From Promethearchaeum syntrophicum (GTDB taxonomy: Archaea; Asgardarchaeota; Lokiarchaeia; Sigyniarchaeales; Promethearchaeaceae): 32,000 nucleotides of DNA. The notes beneath the pieces are model-generated. The model was not told the origin of the DNA and did no database searches. It saw only the letters and a program-made list of their open reading frames with translations. Each line of letters opens with the position of its first letter. Within the stretch, counting starts at the first letter, position 1. Positions 26,607-32,000 of this stretch are shown piece by piece. The stretch spans positions 1,290,001-1,322,000 of the forward strand of contig NZ_CP042905.2 in assembly GCF_008000775.2 (NCBI RefSeq). The letters are read 5' to 3'. A program made the translations under genes and the position numbers.

Positions 26607-28781
26607 ATGGAATTAAAATTATTTGTTGAAGTTACTCCTAATTTAAGTCGTAAATGTCATTTAAGTTTAAAAAATGCAAAAAAATTAGGTTTAAAAAAAG
26701 GAGGAGACATTGTTCTAATAGACCCTCAAACTAAAAGTTCCTATAATTGTTATATGGAACCAGATACAGAATCTCTTGATTTTTCGATTAAAATTGCTAA
26801 AGATATTATAGATAGTTTTGGCTATCAAGGGCTAGAGATTATTGTTACACCCTCATCAACACATATTTCCTCTCAAAAAACTACCACAACTCCAACTCCA
26901 CCAGCTCCATCAATTACAAAGTCGCCAACTGCCTCCGTTTCTCCTAAACCAGCTATGCCTCCTGCTCCAATTCTCCCCCCTACTCAACAACCATCAGCCC
27001 CTCCTCCTCTGCCAATAACTCCTGCTCCTATTCGTCATTCGACTATGCCTCCTGCTCCAAGTTCTGTTCCAATATTACACAAACCTACTCAGTCAACGAT
27101 GCCTACACAACCTAGTATTGCACCGCCTACAAATATTACGCGAGTTAGTAATTCACAACTAGCACAACATGGATTGGAAGAAGGAATGCCATCGGTGGAT
27201 GCGATGGCACCTGCTGATCCATATCCAAATAAAATTGACATATTTAATTTACTGAGTAGTAAACCTGGTTCGATGATAGTAAAACCCAAAATTTCGCCGG
27301 GTTCTCTTGAAGGAAAAGTTGTTTTATCTCAAAATTTAGTATCGCGTTTAAATCTTTTTCCAAATGCTCTTGTTGGGTGGGAGGATCCACTTACTAGAAT
27401 TGCCGGGTCTGCTCGTTTAAAAATTGGGCAAGTTACCGAAGATCAGATCTTAATGGACGAAAATACAGCTTTTGATACTGCGGTAGAAGCTCCTCAGATT
27501 TTACTTTACTCAATGGAACCTCCAATAATCCATGTTGAAGCGGTAACATTGGAAATTGAGAGCAAACCAGATATGGGGGGATTTATTGAAATCAATCATC
27601 GAAATGCAATGTCTCTTGAAGTAAAAGATCGAGAAGTTTTAGCATTTGAAGATGATCTTACTGGAGCATTTGGTGCTGGAAAAGTACGATTTAATCCAAA
27701 CGTTCCAGATAATAAAGTAGTTATTGATCAAGAATTAATTGAAGCAAGCGGTATTGGATCATATGAAGTTGAATTGAAAAAGAATGTGCGACAAATAATC
27801 CCTCTACAATCTCTTGAACTTGGAGTTTCACCTATTACTGGAGAAAATATATGGGAAATTATTAGCCAAGCTCGAAACAATATAGATATCATCAAGCAAT
27901 GGTTAGCAAATTATATTATTTTTAAAGGAATTAAACTCCGTTGGAAAAGGGCAAATACTGCCATTGAAGTCCTCCATACGGTTCCCGATTTAACTGGGGA
28001 TGTTTTAGCTTCCGTATCTAATGCGACTTCTATTGAACTAAAACCAACAGGTTTAGTAACGTTTAACGCTATCTTGATTATTGATATTTCGAGGTCCATG
28101 ATGGCGAGGGATGTTGCAGTTACAAATATCGGACCTGCTCTTGAAGGAATTAAAGCAGCAATGCATGATAAAGAAATTCAAGAATTTCTAGCAAAATTTA
28201 AACCAGGAATTAATGTACCACGCAGAATGTCTGCAGCATTTGCAGCAGTATTGTTCTTGTCTGAAAAAGTGGGTCGCGGGTTCGGGGAAAAGGTATCAAT
28301 TATTAGATTTGCAGATGAAGCTCAAATTCTACCTATGCCCGGTGGAAAATTATGGATGGACAGTTCCTCTGGTCAGAAAGGAGAATTGGAAGCATGTGCT
28401 CGCACAATTGTTGATCAAATCGCAAATGCTTACGGACAAAGTACTAATATGGGTCAAGCGATGGAAAAAGCCAATCATCTCTTGGAACTTTTCACTGCAG
28501 ATAATCCAGAACAACCGACAATGATAGTTCTATTAACCGATGGAGCTCCAACTGATGGTCGTGCTTTCATGGATTCTATTAAAAAAATATCCGCTAATCA
28601 AAATGTAGTATTATATATAATCGGATTAGGTAATCCAAACGATGACGAGATGAAAAAAGCCGCTGCCTTATGTGCTGGTGAATATTTCAAACCGGAAGAT
28701 TCAGGAGAATTACTTGTTTGGTATTCTAAAAGAGCACGGGATCTTAGTTTAAAAATTAAACGGGATGCAGATCAAAAATAA
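26607..28781 (+). CDS. Multidomain protein: Cdc48-N/double-psi-barrel-like N-terminus, Pro-rich linker, second barrel/beta region, C-terminal vWA domain with intact-looking MIDAS
   Basis: HLSLKNAKKLGLKKGGDIVLID (barrel-like); Pro-rich 26880-27138; vWA DISRSM, STNMGQAM and LLTDGAPTDGR. Confidence 0.8.
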   Translation: MELKLFVEVTPNLSRKCHLSLKNAKKLGLKKGGDIVLIDPQTKSSYNCYMEPDTESLDFSIKIAKDIIDSFGYQGLEIIVTPSSTHISSQKTTTTPTPPAPSITKSPTASVSPKPAMPPAPILPPTQQPSAPPPLPITPAPIRHSTMPPAPSSVPILHKPTQSTMPTQPSIAPPTNITRVSNSQLAQHGLEEGMPSVDAMAPADPYPNKIDIFNLLSSKPGSMIVKPKISPGSLEGKVVLSQNLVSRLNLFPNALVGWEDPLTRIAGSARLKIGQVTEDQILMDENTAFDTAVEAPQILLYSMEPPIIHVEAVTLEIESKPDMGGFIEINHRNAMSLEVKDREVLAFEDDLTGAFGAGKVRFNPNVPDNKVVIDQELIEASGIGSYEVELKKNVRQIIPLQSLELGVSPITGENIWEIISQARNNIDIIKQWLANYIIFKGIKLRWKRANTAIEVLHTVPDLTGDVLASVSNATSIELKPTGLVTFNAILIIDISRSMMARDVAVTNIGPALEGIKAAMHDKEIQEFLAKFKPGINVPRRMSAAFAAVLFLSEKVGRGFGEKVSIIRFADEAQILPMPGGKLWMDSSSGQKGELEACARTIVDQIANAYGQSTNMGQAMEKANHLLELFTADNPEQPTMIVLLTDGAPTDGRAFMDSIKKISANQNVVLYIIGLGNPNDDEMKKAAALCAGEYFKPEDSGELLVWYSKRARDLSLKIKRDADQK

Positions 28782-28800
28782 ATGAGTGATTTGAAGTAAT

Positions 28801-29445
28801 TTAAACCCAACCACTGCTATTATCTTTTTTCTTTTCTTTATGTTTCATTTTTTTACCACGATTACGTGATTCAAGTATTGTTGTTTTGAGTGTTTTATCC
28901 ATTTTCAAATCATGTCTAATAGACCAGTTTCCCAATATCCGGGCCCTTTTTTCCAATCCATTCTTCAAATCTTTCCAACTGTAATCAATGGATTGGAAAT
29001 AATTATTTAATTTTTCACCTCTTTCTTGCATATATTGGAAATAACGCGTTTCCATTTGAATTAGATCTTCAACTTCCAGAGCAAAATTTTTAAATTGGGT
29101 AATATTACCAGAAAATTCTTGTTCAAAATGAACTAGGTATTTTTCGTTAAATTTTCTGGATAAATTTTGTAAAATTCGTAAGGTTTCATTATATTTAATT
29201 TCATTTTTTGTAATAAGAACCATCACGTATTTATCAAAAACATTGAAAGAAATTCGCAAAGTATTTAGCTGCATGTAATTAATTGGTTGTTTTGCAATTT
29301 CCTCAGAAAGGGCTAAAATCGCGACTAAATATCCTGACAATACAACTTCATCAACTTCTCCAGGAAGCTCGTTAAAGGATTGTTCAAAAATACAGACTGA
29401 AGCTGCCCTATGGATTATCATGAGCTTGAAAATATCTTTTACCAA
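28801..29445 (-). CDS. Longin-like domain protein with C-terminal helical/basic tail
   Basis: [53 protein letters not shown]...[21 protein letters not shown]...[13 protein letters not shown] resembles longin/AP-small-subunit layout. Confidence 0.55.
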
Positions 29446-29558
29446 CTTATCCCTACCTACTTACTGTACATATTAGGGTTTTTTAAACCATTGTATAAAT
29501 TTGGGTTTTTTAAAAGAGAATTGAAAATTTAATATTAGAACAAAATAACTAAATATTT

Positions 29559-30047
29559 ATGGGATATCTTGAAGAAAAAAAAAATTTGGAAGAAATCGCT
29601 AAATATTTAGACCAAAATGAAATGAAAATTCCCTATAAGTTTCAAGATATCGGGGATAAAGATAATGAAATTTTTCCCACAATTATTTGCGTTTTTAGAT
29701 GTGGAGAACTTGATTTTGATGTAATCCTTTATAATTTAGGAAAATGGATTCACGGGAAGGCTTTATTACTCAATACAAATCCCTTCCCCCCTCAAACTTT
29801 GTTAAAAATTTATGAAATATCTTTGGGTTTAAATTACGATTTACCAGAATGTACATTTTCATTATTTAAGAATAATTTATACATCGAAATAGATTGTTTA
29901 GTTGGAGTCCCCTTTAAAGATTTTAAAGCACAGTTTGAATCGATAGGTAATGGAATAGAATCATTTCTAAATGTTATTAAAAATCAAGAAATATCTATCA
30001 AGAGTACGAAAGGCGGATTAGTTGAAGTAAAACGTCAATTTGAATAA
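29559..30047 (+). CDS. Small alpha/beta protein (possibly YbjN/CesT-like fold), unknown function
   Basis: ORF with coherent alternating strand/helix pattern; ALLLNTNPFPPQTLLKIYEISLGLNYDLPECTFSLFKNNLYIEIDCLVG. Confidence 0.6.
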   Translation: MGYLEEKKNLEEIAKYLDQNEMKIPYKFQDIGDKDNEIFPTIICVFRCGELDFDVILYNLGKWIHGKALLLNTNPFPPQTLLKIYEISLGLNYDLPECTFSLFKNNLYIEIDCLVGVPFKDFKAQFESIGNGIESFLNVIKNQEISIKSTKGGLVEVKRQFE

Positions 30048-30061
30048 CAGAGACTCACATA

Positions 30062-30073
30062 AAAATATTTAAG
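30062..30073 (+). promoter_or_regulatory. TATA-like element AAAATATTTAAG upstream of the ORF at 30106
   Basis: Same string as 25262-25272; about 38 nt upstream of ATG. Confidence 0.4.
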
Positions 30074-30105
30074 TGTACACGATGTAATACCAATAGGGTT
30101 AAATA

Positions 30106-32000
30106 ATGGCAAAAAAATCTCCCTCAGATTCTATTTCCATAGAATTACTAAATTATCCTCAATCTTTACTTCTAGGAAATCAAGATTATGAACTTTCATT
30201 CTCAGTTAAGAATAATTCAGAATCTATTGAATCATATGCTTTTAATTTTACAAGCACCACGAGTGATATTTCGGTAGATAAATCATATATTAAAGGTGTT
30301 TCATTTAACTCTGGAGAATCAAAAATAGTCCCTGTAAAAATTCGGCCCAAAATTGAAGGTTTAACTGAATTAAATGTTATTATCTATTACCAAAAAAAAA
30401 TCGAATTTAAATCAATGGATTGGAAAATAAAGAAGAATGTTGAAAAATCCATTGTCAGTAAAATTATTGGAAAAACACAAGTTAATTTTGATGACCTTAA
30501 GGGATATAAAAAGAAATTACCAAAATCTATATCACTTGGAGATATCCCATCATTATCAAAATCTAAAGCTAAGAAAGAATTAGATAAGATCAAATCAGTT
30601 CCTTCAATCAAAGTTCACACAAGAGAAATTGAACGGAAAATAATAACCCAAGTCCCAAAAACTATTACCAAGCAAGTTCCTGAGAAAATTATTAAAAAAA
30701 TACCCCGAGTTATTGAAGAAATTATCCCACAAGAACCATTAGTAAATGCGATTAACGGAAAGAAATTCGAAAGACCTCCTCTTAAAACAACTAAAACAGT
30801 ATATGAATCTATTGAAGAGACGGTCATGAAAACGGTTACCGAAACAGTGTATGAAGAAAAGATTGAGACAAAAATAGATATTGTTGAAGATACAACTCTT
30901 CCTTCCAAGAAGGGAGAAATAACATTGAAACAGAAAGATGAAACTTTATCACGTATTGCCAAAGGTGTTTTCAATCAAGATCCTCAATACGCATTTGCAA
31001 TTGTTAAAATGATTTCAGATCCGAATAAAAGATATACCAATATTTCTCAATTTGTTCCTCCCGGGATTCGACTTGATTCTAAAACTACTATTGAAGCTGT
31101 AATGGGATTAGATTTAGGACCACAAAAAGAAGCTCTGATTGAAATTATTGCCAACAGTCTCGCTGCAGAAAAACCTGATGAAGCGGCAATGATTGCTCTC
31201 AATATTGATAACATCGCAAAAAGAGATGAAATAATAACAAACATTATCTTTACTGCTGCTTATCTCAAACCCCAAATTGCATCAAATCTGATTTATCAAT
31301 TATCAAAAAAAGAGTTACAACATCAAATTTTATTTGAATTGGTTAAGGGTTGGGCACATAAAGATAAAAAAAGAGCAATTGAATCTCTGAAAAGTCTTAT
31401 TTCAAATATTCTTTCAGAATCGAATATTGAATTAATAAAAACTTGTATGATTTTTTTGGCTTATCTTACAGATCCCCAGTCGGTTTATGATTTAATTGAT
31501 GGATTTCGCTCGAAAGATGACAAATCTCTTTTAGTAGAACAATTGCAAGAATATTTAAAAGTTAAAGTTCAAACTAAGAAAATTAAATTAGAATCTCAAG
31601 AACTAAGTAAATTATATTTCACATTTACTGCGATATCAAAAAAAATTACCCCCGCGCTTAATTATCTAGTTGAACTAAAAGGAAATATTAGTTCGAATTT
31701 AATTGAGGGAAATATTTCATCCAATATAATTGTTATTTGCCCCTTTAAGTTTAATTTTCCTATATTTATGAATTTCCAAAGCTGCTACGTTGAATTATTA
31801 CAGGAAACTCAAAAAACTTTTGGTTTTCTTTTATTTCCCTCTAAAGAGAATTATAGTGAGGAAGAATTAAAGCACTTCCACAATATCTTAAATAATTTTA
31901 TTAAAAATCAAACTAACCAGCATCCTTCTCCATTTGTTATTATAAATCTTGATTTAATTCCGTATTTTTCAAAACCAACGATTTTCTTAGGCGACAATGG
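30106..32000 (+). CDS. Large multidomain protein, 3'-truncated by window end: Ig/arrestin-like beta N-terminus, VP-octapeptide repeat, LysM-like segment, helical-repeat region (not in supplied ORF track)
   Basis: Open from ATG 30106 (MAKKSPSDSISIELLNYPQSLLLGNQDYELSFSVKNNSES...) to the last base, about 631 codons without a stop. Omitted from the track because it has no stop in the window. Confidence 0.88.
   Translation, partial: MAKKSPSDSISIELLNYPQSLLLGNQDYELSFSVKNNSESIESYAFNFTSTTSDISVDKSYIKGVSFNSGESKIVPVKIRPKIEGLTELNVIIYYQKKIEFKSMDWKIKKNVEKSIVSKIIGKTQVNFDDLKGYKKKLPKSISLGDIPSLSKSKAKKELDKIKSVPSIKVHTREIERKIITQVPKTITKQVPEKIIKKIPRVIEEIIPQEPLVNAINGKKFERPPLKTTKTVYESIEETVMKTVTETVYEEKIETKIDIVEDTTLPSKKGEITLKQKDETLSRIAKGVFNQDPQYAFAIVKMISDPNKRYTNISQFVPPGIRLDSKTTIEAVMGLDLGPQKEALIEIIANSLAAEKPDEAAMIALNIDNIAKRDEIITNIIFTAAYLKPQIASNLIYQLSKKELQHQILFELVKGWAHKDKKRAIESLKSLISNILSESNIELIKTCMIFLAYLTDPQSVYDLIDGFRSKDDKSLLVEQLQEYLKVKVQTKKIKLESQELSKLYFTFTAISKKITPALNYLVELKGNISSNLIEGNISSNIIVICPFKFNFPIFMNFQSCYVELLQETQKTFGFLLFPSKENYSEEELKHFHNILNNFIKNQTNQHPSPFVIINLDLIPYFSKPTIFLGDN
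30634..30729 (+). repeat. Four consecutive octapeptide repeats RKIITQVP-KTITKQVP-EKIIKKIP-RVIEEIIP
   Basis: Direct translation; exact 8-residue periodicity with invariant Pro at position 8 and V/I at position 7. Confidence 0.85.

Noticed and set aside
25293-28781. Direct equivalence of the gelsolin/vWA pair to Sec23/Sec24
   Set aside because: The fold types overlap, but the order, the separate polypeptides and the absence of a Sec23-type zinc finger give no sequence-level support for orthology. Kept only as an analogy in the cluster hypothesis.
30387-31244. Minus-strand ORFs at 30387-30611, 30615-30974 and 31047-31244
   Set aside because: All are antisense to the continuous plus-strand ORF from 30106, which has far more coherent protein character. 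The antisense products are low-complexity Val/Ser/Ile-rich.
1-32000. Search by eye for CRISPR arrays, tRNA/rRNA genes, transposases and defence cassettes
   Set aside because: No regularly spaced direct repeats, tRNA-like GTTCRANYC/CCA blocks, DDE/HUH motifs or known defence-gene signatures were seen. tRNAscan/Infernal would be needed to exclude small or intron-containing tRNAs.

Overview
AT-rich 32 kb window whose gene content is strongly archaeal and best fits an Asgard (Loki-like) archaeon. The taxonomic call is an inference from: two TBP-family proteins, a Rab/Ras-like small GTPase, a Roadblock/LC7 protein, a gelsolin-like domain, a longin-like protein, an eRF1/Pelota-like paralog and TTTAAATA/AAATATTTAAG-type promoter elements. 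Metabolic genes are interspersed: M20 amidohydrolase, SDR, GDPD, ADP-forming acyl-CoA synthetase alpha, LDH2-type dehydrogenase, LarA-like racemase, MFS plus GH2, and Nnr. Most interesting parts: (1) 25.3-32 kb, a cluster of gelsolin-like, Roadblock/LC7, double-psi-barrel-like/Pro-rich/vWA, longin-like and small-fold proteins, ending in a large multidomain ORF that runs off the window. That ORF is absent from the supplied ORF track and contains four exact-period VP-type octapeptides. (2) 6.3-14.7 kb, a transcription/GTPase locus with an under-annotated TFIIS/RPB9-like zinc ribbon, a divergent TBP paralog, a canonical TBP, a small GTPase with an altered G3 motif (DIASQ), a tandem RecA/KaiC-like ATPase with a degenerate second domain, and two adjacent coiled-coil proteins. 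The divergent TBP paralog is flanked by two homologous, oppositely oriented gene relics that I found by comparing the intergenic sequences. (3) An eRF1/Pelota-like protein without an N-terminal domain or GGQ. No tRNA, rRNA, CRISPR array or transposase was recognised. All family calls are by eye from motifs, with no database searches run.
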